This document shows positions 20,064 through 29,615 of a stretch of DNA of 61,161 bases, one piece after another. Position 1 is the stretch's first letter. The number at the start of each line of letters is the position of its first letter. The notes below the pieces were generated by a model, which was not told where the DNA came from, searched no databases, and was given only the letters and a program-made list of their open reading frames with translations. The stretch comes from Clostridia bacterium. GTDB taxonomy: Bacteria; CBDUZB01; JAGLHV01. The position numbers were made by a program, and so were the translations under genes. Location: assembly GCA_030637025.1 (NCBI GenBank), contig DAOVVV010000013.1, positions 1 to 61,161 of the forward strand, in the 5' to 3' direction.

Positions 20064-21653
20064 ATGGAAAAGAGAGCCGTTATTGCAGTAATTTTGTCCG
20101 TATTAGTTATGGGAATTTGGTTAAAGCTTTTTCCTCCTCAAAAAAAACTGCCTGAAGAAATATCTAAACAAGAGATACAAAAAAAAGTAACAGTAGTAGG
20201 AGAGACAGTAAAGAGAAAAGAAATAAAAGCAGCAACAGAACCGGTTGCGGAAGAAAGACAAATACGGGAAGAAGGAAAGGACATAATTGTTCAAACAGAT
20301 AACATTTTAGTGTCTTTTTCCACGATAGGGGGAGGAATAAAGGATTGGAGCATTAAAGAAAAAGGTGCGTGGACCAGTTTAGTTTTAAAAGAAGGAGAAT
20401 CAGCACCTTTAGATTTTTATAAGGAAGCTCTTTTCGAAGCAAATAGAGAAAAGCTGGTATTAGATGAAACTTATCCCCAGGGAGAAATTATTTTTACTTA
20501 CATCTCTCAGGGAGAGGATTTATCCGTTGTTAAAACTTATAAATTTGAAAAGGATAGCTATTTAGTAAGATTAAGTATAGAAATAACTAATAATTCAAAG
20601 ATACAAGAAAGAATTGAAACATTTACTCTGGGATGGGAAGCCGGTATAGGACCCGAAGAGGTATCTATGAAAAAAGGCCGGGGTGTAAGAGGAATAAGGC
20701 CTTTATTATTTATTGAGGAAAAAATAGAAAAAAAGATAAAGATAAAAGATGATGAAATAAAAGAATATAAAGGAAAAATAAAGTGGATAGGAATAGATAA
20801 TAGTTATTTTCTAATTGCTCTGATTCCTCAGGAAAAGATTTTTTCTAAAGCAAGCATTGAAATAGAAGAAAATATTCCTCAGGTAAAAACAAATACTGTT
20901 TTCGATTTAAAACCCGGGGAAACGAAAAATATCAATTTAAATATTTATTTAGGACCGAAAGAATATAACCGGCTGAAAAAATTAGGAAATAATTTAGAAG
21001 AAACAATCGACTTTGGTTTTTTTGGAACTATTGGAAAAGGGGTATTGTTTACTTTGAAATTTTTCTATAAAATTACCGGTAATTTTGGCTGGTCAATAGT
21101 CTTCCTGACGATGGTCTTGCAGGTTATTTTGTTGCCTTTGACTATGAAAAGTTTTAAATCAATGCAATCATTAAAAAAGATACAACCTCAAATAAATACG
21201 CTGAGGGAGAATTATAAAGACGATTCTAAACGGTTAAACGTAGAAATGATGAATCTTTATAAAACCAGGAAAGTCAATCCTTTTGGGGGTTGTTTACCCA
21301 TGATTTTACAAATTCCTATTTTTTGGGCACTTTTTACTACCTTGCGGAATACTGTTGAGCTCAGACATGCACCATTTATTTTTTGGATAAAAGACCTTTC
21401 TGCTTATGATCCGTTATATATTTTACCTGTACTTATGGGAATAGTTATGTTTCTGCAGCAAAAGATGACTACTACTGACCCGAAACAGGCAAAGATGGTG
21501 GTTTTTATGCCGGTAATTTTTGTTGTGTTATTTTTAAAGTTTCCGGCAGGATTGGTATTGTACTGGTTTGTGAATAATGTTTTAAACTTAACCATGCAAT
21601 TAGTGATAATTAAACAAGGTGAGAAGAAAGAAATAATTCAGATATCTAAATAA
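20064..21653 (+). CDS. yidC: Membrane protein insertase YidC
   Basis: Periplasmic domain, NPFGGCLPMILQIPIF, PAGLVLYW. Confidence 0.96.
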   Translation: MEKRAVIAVILSVLVMGIWLKLFPPQKKLPEEISKQEIQKKVTVVGETVKRKEIKAATEPVAEERQIREEGKDIIVQTDNILVSFSTIGGGIKDWSIKEKGAWTSLVLKEGESAPLDFYKEALFEANREKLVLDETYPQGEIIFTYISQGEDLSVVKTYKFEKDSYLVRLSIEITNNSKIQERIETFTLGWEAGIGPEEVSMKKGRGVRGIRPLLFIEEKIEKKIKIKDDEIKEYKGKIKWIGIDNSYFLIALIPQEKIFSKASIEIEENIPQVKTNTVFDLKPGETKNINLNIYLGPKEYNRLKKLGNNLEETIDFGFFGTIGKGVLFTLKFFYKITGNFGWSIVFLTMVLQVILLPLTMKSFKSMQSLKKIQPQINTLRENYKDDSKRLNVEMMNLYKTRKVNPFGGCLPMILQIPIFWALFTTLRNTVELRHAPFIFWIKDLSAYDPLYILPVLMGIVMFLQQKMTTTDPKQAKMVVFMPVIFVVLFLKFPAGLVLYWFVNNVLNLTMQLVIIKQGEKKEIIQISK

Positions 21654-21662
21654 AAACTTTAA

Positions 21663-21792
21663 AAAGTTATGCAAAATAGAATGAAATATACCCTGTCATT
21701 CCCCTGCTTGACAGGGGAATCCAGTAAAATCAATGTTTTTAGATTGTTCGATCAAGTAGGACAATGACATTGTTCTTGTTTTGCAGAAGTCT
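21663..21792. mobile_element. MITE-like family A variant
   Basis: Ends AAAGTTATGCAAAATA / TTTTGCAGAAGTCT; internal GTCATTCCCCTGCTTGACAGGGGAATCC..AATGAC. Confidence 0.7.
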
Positions 21793-21823
21793 AAAATAAA
21801 AACTTTATAAAAAGGAGGCAGAA

Positions 21824-22807
21824 ATGTCAGACAAAAAAGTATCTTATAAGGAATTAGGATTAGTAAATACCAGGGAAATGTTTGCCGAGGCAAATAAAGG
21901 AGGCTATGCTATTCCTGCTTATAATTTTAATAATATGGAGCAATTGCAAGCTATTATTACCGCTTGTGTAAAAAGTAAATCACCGGTAATTTTACAAATT
22001 TCCAAAGGAGCACGAAATTATGCCAATCAGATTCTTCTTCGTTATATGGCGGGGGGGGTCCTGGAAATGGCAAAAGAAATGGGAGAAGATATTCCTATAG
22101 CTTTACACCTTGATCACGGAGATACTTTTGAACTGGCCAAGTCTTGTATAGATTCCGGGTTTTCTTCAGTGATGATAGATGGTTCTTCCCTTCCTTACGA
22201 GGAAAATATAAAATTAACCAGGCAAGTGGTGGAATATGCCCATCCCCTGGATGTGACAGTAGAAGGGGAGCTGGGAGTCTTAGCAGGAATAGAAGATGAG
22301 GTCTCCAGCGAAGAAACGCACTATACCCAGCCGGAAGAGGTAGAGGATTTTGTAAAAAGAACCAATGTAGATTCTTTAGCTATATCTATAGGAACAAGTC
22401 ATGGTGCTTATAAATTTAAACTTAAACCGGGAGAGAGTGTTCCTCCGTTACGCTTTGATATTTTGGAAGAAATAGAAAAAAGAATCCCGGGTTTTCCTAT
22501 TGTATTGCACGGAGCATCTTCGGTTCTTCCTGAGTATATAGAAATGATTAATAAATTCGGGGGAAAGATGGATAATGCTGTGGGAATTCCGGAAGAACAA
22601 TTACGTAAGGCGGCAAAAAGTGCTGTTTGTAAAATAAATATTGATTCTGATGGCCGGTTGGCTATGACAGCTACTATCCGCCGGGTTTTTGCGGAAAAGC
22701 CGGGAGAATTTGACCCGCGCAAATATTTAGGACCTGCCCGGGAAGAATTAATCAAAATGTATAGACATAAGAACGAAAATGTTCTGGGTAGTTCCGGAAA
22801 AGCATAA
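21824..22807 (+). CDS. fba: Class II fructose-1,6-bisphosphate aldolase
   Basis: ALHLDHG, SVMIDGS, GTSHGAYK, VLHGAS, KINIDSD. Confidence 0.95.
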   Translation: MSDKKVSYKELGLVNTREMFAEANKGGYAIPAYNFNNMEQLQAIITACVKSKSPVILQISKGARNYANQILLRYMAGGVLEMAKEMGEDIPIALHLDHGDTFELAKSCIDSGFSSVMIDGSSLPYEENIKLTRQVVEYAHPLDVTVEGELGVLAGIEDEVSSEETHYTQPEEVEDFVKRTNVDSLAISIGTSHGAYKFKLKPGESVPPLRFDILEEIEKRIPGFPIVLHGASSVLPEYIEMINKFGGKMDNAVGIPEEQLRKAAKSAVCKINIDSDGRLAMTATIRRVFAEKPGEFDPRKYLGPAREELIKMYRHKNENVLGSSGKA

Positions 22808-22821
22808 AGAGATAAAGAAGG

Positions 22822-23745
22822 CTAAAAAGAGGAAAGATTTTCATATATTTCCAGGAACTCCTGAAAGTCCAGACTATTTCTGATTCCATCAAAGTCTTTG
22901 TCTTTTTCTATTTTTTCTTTCCAGACATCCGGGGCCGTAGGGATATATTTTTTTAAGTTTTCCATGGCTCCGTAGACATCTTCAAGGAGAGCACTCATAC
23001 AAGCTGTATTGTAGTAAGTTATGGGGAGTTTTTCATGTTGAGCACAAAAAAAGTAATCATAAGCTTTCTGGTAGTTTTCCTTTCTATAAAAAGACATTCC
23101 GATGTTGTTTAATAATTTACAGATTTTTAAAATAATGGTATTATAAAAATTATCCCAGGAATAGATTTGAACCAGGGGGATTCTTTCCTTAAAATCCGTG
23201 GGTTGAAAAACTTTAATCAGAGAAAGCATTACAAAATTATGCGGCGGGAATAAATAAGAGGAGAAATCTTCAATGGCTACCGGCTGATTAAGAGCTTTTT
23301 CATAGTTGTTAAGGGGGAAATCAATTACTGCAATTTTTTTATCTACTATTTGCGAGGATAAAAATAAATTACAGGTGTTTTTCTTTGAGTCTGTTTCAAA
23401 TATCCATTCTAAAGGAAAAGAGGATAGATTTTGTGGAAAAAATCGATTTAGTACATTTAATTTGATATCGGAATATTCTAAATTTGCAGGGATATCCGAT
23501 GGATTTATTTTCGTTTCCTGATTTGTATCGACAACTATTTTAAAGAAGTTTAATTGTAATTTGTCCAGGGAGATAGGATTTTCATTTTTTTCAACAATTT
23601 TAATCAGATAGTAAATAGAGTCCCCTTTACAACCAAGAGGGCAAACAAGATAACTGTTTACTGAATTATCGTCTGTTACCTCTGCAAGAGATAAGCAGGG
23701 AGACAGAATAAAAAAAAGGGAAATAATTAATAGTTTCTTATACAT
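22822..23745 (-). CDS. Exported protein with C-terminal TPR-like helices
   Basis: Signal peptide; LNNIGMSFY..YYNTACMSAL..KDKDFDGIR. Confidence 0.7.
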   Translation of the reverse strand: MYKKLLIISLFFILSPCLSLAEVTDDNSVNSYLVCPLGCKGDSIYYLIKIVEKNENPISLDKLQLNFFKIVVDTNQETKINPSDIPANLEYSDIKLNVLNRFFPQNLSSFPLEWIFETDSKKNTCNLFLSSQIVDKKIAVIDFPLNNYEKALNQPVAIEDFSSYLFPPHNFVMLSLIKVFQPTDFKERIPLVQIYSWDNFYNTIILKICKLLNNIGMSFYRKENYQKAYDYFFCAQHEKLPITYYNTACMSALLEDVYGAMENLKKYIPTAPDVWKEKIEKDKDFDGIRNSLDFQEFLEIYENLSSF

Positions 23746-23928
23746 AGATATTTTAAAAAGACTGAATAAAAAAAGATAATTTTTTGAATTTTCGTAAATA
23801 TTATAACTTTTAGTTGTTTAAAGGTCAATATAAATCTTTATTACTATCGGTTGCGAATAAGAGACTAAAAGCACATCATCAAATTAGCAATTTGTGTTCA
23901 TATTTATAAAAGGAGAAGTGTTTATAAA

Positions 23929-24085
23929 AAAGGCAGAGAGAAAAGAATAAATTCACAAAAATAAGCTTTTTTGGAGTGCATTGACCATGGCAAGACATGC
24001 ATCATCGTGGAAGAGGTACTCCATCTTTTTAAAAAACTAATTTATGCTAAAATGTACTAAATCGGGCAAAACATATTTTGCCTTT
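23929..24085 (+). repeat. Degenerate copy of repeat family B
   Basis: 3' end CTAATTTATGCTAAAATGTACTAAATCGGGCAAAACATATTTTGCCTT resembles 60945-60992. Confidence 0.55.
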
Positions 24086-24204
24086 CGTTTTTTAAAAACA
24101 ATAAATCTTGACGAAAAAGTAAAAGTGTAGTAAGATAAAAAACCAAATAAAAAAAAATTTGGAGGGTATCTTTTAGATAATAAAAAAAAGGGGAAGGAGA
24201 AAAA

Positions 24205-24858
24205 ATGCTAAAAAATATTAGAAGTGCTGTTAAAAGGCAATTTTTTACAGGAATAGCTTTGCTTTTACCGTTAGGATTGACTTTGTATGTGGGCTGGATT
24301 CTTTTTAATTTAGTAGGGAAGGTTTTTCTTCCTTTTGTAGAAAAAAATTCTTTTCTTTCCTCTTATGATTTGCCACCCTTGTGTAGTAAGGGAATAAGTT
24401 TTGCCATCACTTTAGTAATTATTTGGATTATCGGAGTAATCGGGGCCAACATTGTTGGACGGAAATTTCTGCAGTTGCTGGAAGTCTTAATTGTTAAGGT
24501 TCCCCTCTTGGACAGCATTTATCAGGCAATACGGCAGATTATTCACGCTATGATTTTTTCTAAAACTGCTTTTCGCCAGGTGGTAATGATAGAATATCCG
24601 CGAAAGGGGATTTATACATTAGCTTTTGTAACCAATAGTTACCAGGGAAAAGAAGAAGGAAAAGGGAAAATTTTAACTTTATTTATTCCTACTACCCCAA
24701 ATCCTACTTCCGGGTGGTTTCTAATTATTCCGGAAGAAGAAGTAATGAAAATAGATTTACCGGTAGAAGAAGGAATGAAAGTGATTATTTCCGGAGGGGT
24801 GATTACCCCGGATAGGTTTTTTGAACGATTAGAAATAGGGGGAAAGAGAAAAGAGTGA
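24205..24858 (+). CDS. DUF502 family membrane protein
   Basis: VVMIEYPRKGIY, FIPTTPNPTSG, MKVIISGG. Confidence 0.9.
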   Translation: MLKNIRSAVKRQFFTGIALLLPLGLTLYVGWILFNLVGKVFLPFVEKNSFLSSYDLPPLCSKGISFAITLVIIWIIGVIGANIVGRKFLQLLEVLIVKVPLLDSIYQAIRQIIHAMIFSKTAFRQVVMIEYPRKGIYTLAFVTNSYQGKEEGKGKILTLFIPTTPNPTSGWFLIIPEEEVMKIDLPVEEGMKVIISGGVITPDRFFERLEIGGKRKE

Positions 24859-26066
24859 AGAGATTGTTAAGAGGAATCGGGAGAAATATTATTCTTTTAG
24901 GAGTAGCAAGTTTTTTTAATGACATAAGCAGTGAAATGATTATTGCCATTTTTCCGATGTTTATTGTTTTTTTAGGCGGGGGAGGAATGGCAATAGGTTT
25001 AATCGGCGGTTTGGGTAATTCTCTTTCCAGTATATTAAAGGTTTTTTCAGGTTATTGGTCGGATAGAATAGGAAGGAAAAAAAGTTTTGTTTTTTGGGGT
25101 TATTTTTCTTCTGCAGTGGCAAAAGTGTTTTTTCCTTTTTGTTATAATTGGGGCGAAGTGTTGTTTTTAAGGATGGCGGAAAGAATAGGGAAAGGAATTA
25201 GAACTGCTCCTCGCGATGCGTTGTTATCGATTTCGGCAGACCATAAAGTCAGAGGTAAAGCCTTTGGTATTCATCGGGCAATGGATTCTTTGGGAGCGGT
25301 AATAGGGGCTTTAGGCGCGTTCTTTTTATTCTGGACCCTGGACTTTTCGTTCAGACAAATAATGGGGATTGCAGCAATTATCGGTTTTATTTCACTCATT
25401 CCTGTTTTTATGGTCGAAGAGGAAAAGAAAGAGCGTAATAATTATAAGGTAAAGATAGGATTAAATCATTTACCCAGGGAATTCAAAAAATATTTGATAG
25501 TAGCTGCGGTTTTTTCTTTAAGTAATTTTACTTATATGTTTTTGATTTTAAAAGCAAAATTAGTTATGGATAATCTTTTTTCTCCACGGTTGGCAATTGC
25601 AGTTCCTATTTTGCTGTATGCCTGGTTTAATGTTGTTTATTCCTTTTTTTCTGTTCCTGCCGGAATATTTTCAGATAAAATAGGGAGAAGAGAGGCTCTT
25701 TTTTTAGGATATTTTATTTATGCGTTAACTTATTTTAGTTTTGTAAAAGTGCAGTCTCTGGGTGTATTTATTTTATTTTTTGCCCTATATGGATTGGCTT
25801 TTGCTTTAATCGAGGGGAATCAGCGGGCTTTTGCCAGTGATTTTGTAGAAGAAGAAAGGAGAGGAGTTGCTTTGGGAATGTTTCATACGGTAATTTCTCT
25901 GACTACTCTTTGTGCCAGTTTGATTGCCGGATATTTGTGGAATATAAATTCCGCGGCTCCTTTTATGTACGGAGCAGGAGTAAGTTTGTTTTCCGCAATA
26001 ATAATTTTTTGGGTGAAACCTCATCAGATAAAAAAGGAAAGAGGGGGAGGAGAAAAATGTCTTTAA
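24855..26066 (+). CDS. MFS transporter
   Basis: GYWSDRIGRK motif A, ERIGKGIRTAPRDAL, about 12 TM helices. Confidence 0.92.
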   Translation: MKRLLRGIGRNIILLGVASFFNDISSEMIIAIFPMFIVFLGGGGMAIGLIGGLGNSLSSILKVFSGYWSDRIGRKKSFVFWGYFSSAVAKVFFPFCYNWGEVLFLRMAERIGKGIRTAPRDALLSISADHKVRGKAFGIHRAMDSLGAVIGALGAFFLFWTLDFSFRQIMGIAAIIGFISLIPVFMVEEEKKERNNYKVKIGLNHLPREFKKYLIVAAVFSLSNFTYMFLILKAKLVMDNLFSPRLAIAVPILLYAWFNVVYSFFSVPAGIFSDKIGRREALFLGYFIYALTYFSFVKVQSLGVFILFFALYGLAFALIEGNQRAFASDFVEEERRGVALGMFHTVISLTTLCASLIAGYLWNINSAAPFMYGAGVSLFSAIIIFWVKPHQIKKERGGGEKCL

Positions 26067-27313
26067 AAGAAGAAATGAAAGAAAAAGCTTCCCAGTCAAA
26101 GGTAGCAGCAGTAAAAATGAAAAATCTTTCTACAGCAAAAAAAAATAGAATTTTAGAAACAATAGCAACTGCTTTAGAAAAAAAAGAAGAAGAAATTATT
26201 AAGGTAAACAAAAAAGATTTAGATTTGGCTAAAGAAAAAAAGATTTCTTCGGCATTTATTGAAAGAATGACTTTGTCGAAAGAGCGGATAAAAAGCATGG
26301 TTAAAGGATTAAGAACAGTTGCTTCTTTACCGGATCCGGTAGGAGGAGTGATGGAAGAGATAATTAGATATAACGGCTTGAGGATAAAGAAAGTACGGGT
26401 TCCTTTAGGGGTAATTTGTATTATCTACGAATCACGACCCAATGTTACTTGTGATGCAGCAGCATTATGTTTAAAAGCAGGCAATGCAGTTTTGTTGAGA
26501 GGGGGGTCACAAGCTTTTAATTCCAATCTCCTCCTGGCTAAAATAATGATAGAGGCTGCTTTATCAGAAGGGATGCCCCAGGGAGGCATACAGTTTATAG
26601 AAACTACCGACCGGGAAGCAATAAAAGAGTTGATTCGTCTGGATAGGTTTATTGATGTAATTATTCCTCGCGGGGGAGAGGAAATGATTAGTAATATTAA
26701 AGCCAATGCAACTGTTCCGGTAATTAGCCATGGTAAAGGACTTTGCCATACTTATGTCGATAAGGAAGCAAACATAGAACAGGCAAGTGAAATTTGCTTT
26801 AATGCCAAGGTGCAAAGACCGGGAGTGTGTAATGCTATGGAAACATTATTGGTTCATAAAGATATAGCAAATGATTTTCTTCCGCAAATGGTTAAAAGGT
26901 TTGAGAAAGAGGGAGTAGAAGTGAGAGGATGTATAGAAACGCAAAAACTAATTCCTTCTATAAAAATAGCTACCGACCAGGATTGGGAGACAGAATATTT
27001 ATCTTTAATTCTTTCAATAAAAATTGTGGATAGTTTGGATACGGCGATAGAGCATATAAATCAATATGGTTCTTTTCATTCTGAAGCAATAATTTCTGAA
27101 AACAAAGACAGAGCAGAACAATTTTTGTCCCGGGTTGATGCTGCCAGTGTTTTCTGGAATGCATCTACCCGTTTTAGTGACGGAGGGGAGTTTGGATTAG
27201 GTGCGGAAATAGGTATTTCTACGCAGAAATTACATGCGAGAGGACCAATGGGGTTACAAGAATTAACCAGTTATAAATTTATAATTTATGGAAACGGGCA
27301 GATAAAAAAATAA
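26057..27313 (+). CDS. proA: Gamma-glutamyl phosphate reductase
   Basis: IYESRPNVT, VCNAMETLL, EIGISTQKLHARGPMG; start MSLKEE after GGAGG. Confidence 0.96.
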   Translation: MSLKEEMKEKASQSKVAAVKMKNLSTAKKNRILETIATALEKKEEEIIKVNKKDLDLAKEKKISSAFIERMTLSKERIKSMVKGLRTVASLPDPVGGVMEEIIRYNGLRIKKVRVPLGVICIIYESRPNVTCDAAALCLKAGNAVLLRGGSQAFNSNLLLAKIMIEAALSEGMPQGGIQFIETTDREAIKELIRLDRFIDVIIPRGGEEMISNIKANATVPVISHGKGLCHTYVDKEANIEQASEICFNAKVQRPGVCNAMETLLVHKDIANDFLPQMVKRFEKEGVEVRGCIETQKLIPSIKIATDQDWETEYLSLILSIKIVDSLDTAIEHINQYGSFHSEAIISENKDRAEQFLSRVDAASVFWNASTRFSDGGEFGLGAEIGISTQKLHARGPMGLQELTSYKFIIYGNGQIKK

Positions 27314-27420
27314 ACATTGAAAAGAATAATACCGGAAGAAATGTTACCGGTTTAACTTAATAAGATAAAAAAGATGCGGTTTTTGTTAAAAAAAAGAAAA
27401 GTTAAGAGGTTTAGTGAAAG

Positions 27421-27996
27421 ATGCGGATTGGGTTATTAGGAGGGACATTTAATCCTGTTCATTATGGGCATTTAGTTTTAGCTGAAGAATGCCTAAAAAA
27501 ATTCTGCTTAAAAAAAATAATATTTATTCCTTCAGCAATTCCTCCCCATAAAAAGGGGAAAATCGCAGGGGCGGAGCATAGATATAATATGGTTGAGAGG
27601 GCGATCCGGGGGAATAAAAATTTTGTAGTTTCCAGGATAGAATTGGATAGAAAGGAAATATCATTTACTTATAAAACGATTCAATATTTTAAAAGAAAAT
27701 ATGCACAAGGCCAGGTGTTTTTTATTTTAGGAATAGATAGTGTTCTTGAAATTGATAAGTGGAAAAAGAAAAACAAAATTTTGGAATTTTGCCCGTTTAT
27801 AGTAGCTACTCGTCCAGGTTACCAAATACAAAAAATTCCTTCTTCAATAAAAAAAATAATAAAGATTATAAAAATTCCTAAAATTAACATTTCTTCTTCT
27901 TTCATTAGGGAAGAAATAAAAAAGGGTAAATCAATAAAGGATTTACTGCCTTTATCCGTAGAAAAATATATTAATAGATATCAATTATATCAATAA
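27421..27996 (+). CDS. nadD: Nicotinate-nucleotide adenylyltransferase
   Basis: GGTFNPVHYGH, PPHK, ISSSFIR. Confidence 0.95.
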   Translation: MRIGLLGGTFNPVHYGHLVLAEECLKKFCLKKIIFIPSAIPPHKKGKIAGAEHRYNMVERAIRGNKNFVVSRIELDRKEISFTYKTIQYFKRKYAQGQVFFILGIDSVLEIDKWKKKNKILEFCPFIVATRPGYQIQKIPSSIKKIIKIIKIPKINISSSFIREEIKKGKSIKDLLPLSVEKYINRYQLYQ

Positions 27997-28001
27997 AAAA
28001 A

Positions 28002-29132
28002 ATGAGTGAATGGGTGTTTAAAATAAATAATAAAAAATGGTTTTTTTCGGGAAGTCTTTTATTTTTAATGCTCTCTTCCTTAATTTTGGGCGGACAAAGC
28101 CGAATAGCAAGTAATATTCGCAAAGAAGAACGAATAAATTTACTGCTATTGGAATGCAACCCAAACGGGAAGTCAGAATATCCCGGAACTATTTTATGGT
28201 TAAGTTATCATCCTGTAAGGCGGTTTTTGGATGTAGTAACTATTCCTTCGGCTACGAAAATTAAAAAAGTTCATCCAAAGAGGAACAAAATAGAAACGAT
28301 TTATGGAAATATTTATAAAAGAGAACAAAACAGAAAAAAAGCAAGTCAGGCCGTAAAGAAAAAAACCGAAGAAATATTAGGAGTAACAATTCCTTTTTAT
28401 GTTCAAATGGAAGATGAGGAATTTATAAAAGCAATTGATTTGTTAGGTGGAATAAAAGAACCGGAAAATAAACAGGCGCATTTAAAAGGAAAAGAAGCAT
28501 TAAAAGCTCTTTACCGTGGAGAAGAAGGAAATTATAAAAGAATAGTACAACATCAAAAGCTACTAAAAGAAATTATAAAGAAATTTAAGAGTTCTTTAAA
28601 TCTTTTTAAAATTCCTCAATTGAAAAAACACAATATGGTTTCTAATCTTACTTTAACAGATATGTTGGCTATATTTTATGAAGTAAAAAAAATTCCGGAA
28701 GAAAATATCCGTTTTCAAAATTTACCGGGAACCTTGCAGAAAAAAAAATATTTTTATTGGATAATAGATAGAGAGAAAGTAGAACAGGAAGTAAAATGTA
28801 TTTTATCTTCCGGTGATATAAAAAAAGAAGATTTGGGAAGAATGCCGGCAATAGCTGTATGGAATGCAGCCGGGGTTAAAGGATTAGCCCGGCAGATAAG
28901 AACAATGTTTAAATCTGAGGGAGTAGATGTTGTTCGCTGGGGGAATTATATTAGTCAGGAAGAATATACTGTGGTTATAGATCAATGTGGAAATTTTTCT
29001 TTAGCCGGGAAGATAGCTAAAATCATAAACTGTGATAAAATAATATCCCAAAAAGAGAAATTTCCTTTACAAGATATTTCAATAATTGTTGGGAAAGATT
29101 TTAATCGGTTAATGAAAGACAAAAAGAATTAA
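28002..29132 (+). CDS. LCP (LytR-CpsA-Psr) family protein with LytR C-terminal domain
   Basis: INLLLL..VTIP..IDLLGGI; C-terminal VWNAAGVKGLA..DISIIVGKDF; typical nadD-LCP-rsfS context. Confidence 0.75.
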   Translation: MSEWVFKINNKKWFFSGSLLFLMLSSLILGGQSRIASNIRKEERINLLLLECNPNGKSEYPGTILWLSYHPVRRFLDVVTIPSATKIKKVHPKRNKIETIYGNIYKREQNRKKASQAVKKKTEEILGVTIPFYVQMEDEEFIKAIDLLGGIKEPENKQAHLKGKEALKALYRGEEGNYKRIVQHQKLLKEIIKKFKSSLNLFKIPQLKKHNMVSNLTLTDMLAIFYEVKKIPEENIRFQNLPGTLQKKKYFYWIIDREKVEQEVKCILSSGDIKKEDLGRMPAIAVWNAAGVKGLARQIRTMFKSEGVDVVRWGNYISQEEYTVVIDQCGNFSLAGKIAKIINCDKIISQKEKFPLQDISIIVGKDFNRLMKDKKN

Positions 29133-29201
29133 AAAAGGGGGTAGTTGTAAATAATTAATATTATATATCATAATAAAACGGCGGAATAAAGGAGAGAAAA
29201 A

Positions 29202-29615
29202 TTGGATTCTAAAAAATTGGCAAATGATTGTGCAAAAAGCGCTAAAAAAAAGAAAGCATTGAAAGTGTTAGTGTTGGATGTTAGAAAATTGACTCCTTAT
29301 TTTGATTATCTGGTTATTTGCAGTGGTCGTTCAACAACACAGGTAAGGGCAATAAGTGAAGAAATCGAAATGTCTCTTAAAAAAGAAAAAAAATTTAATT
29401 TACACCGGGAAGGAGAAAAATTTGCTCACTGGATATTAATGGATTATGGTGGAGTAGTGGTACATATTTTTCATGAAGAGGAAAGAAAGTTTTATAATCT
29501 GGAAAAAATTTGGGGAGAAGGAGAAAAAGTAAGAATTATAAAAACCAAAAGAGAAACTACAACAAATACGAAGAGGAAAGTCCATGTTAAAAAAAGAGAT
29601 AGAAGTAATAATTAA
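29202..29615 (+). CDS. rsfS: Ribosome silencing factor
   Basis: DYLVICSG..WILMDYGGVVVHIF..RKFYNLEKIW. Confidence 0.95.
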   Translation: MDSKKLANDCAKSAKKKKALKVLVLDVRKLTPYFDYLVICSGRSTTQVRAISEEIEMSLKKEKKFNLHREGEKFAHWILMDYGGVVVHIFHEEERKFYNLEKIWGEGEKVRIIKTKRETTTNTKRKVHVKKRDRSNN

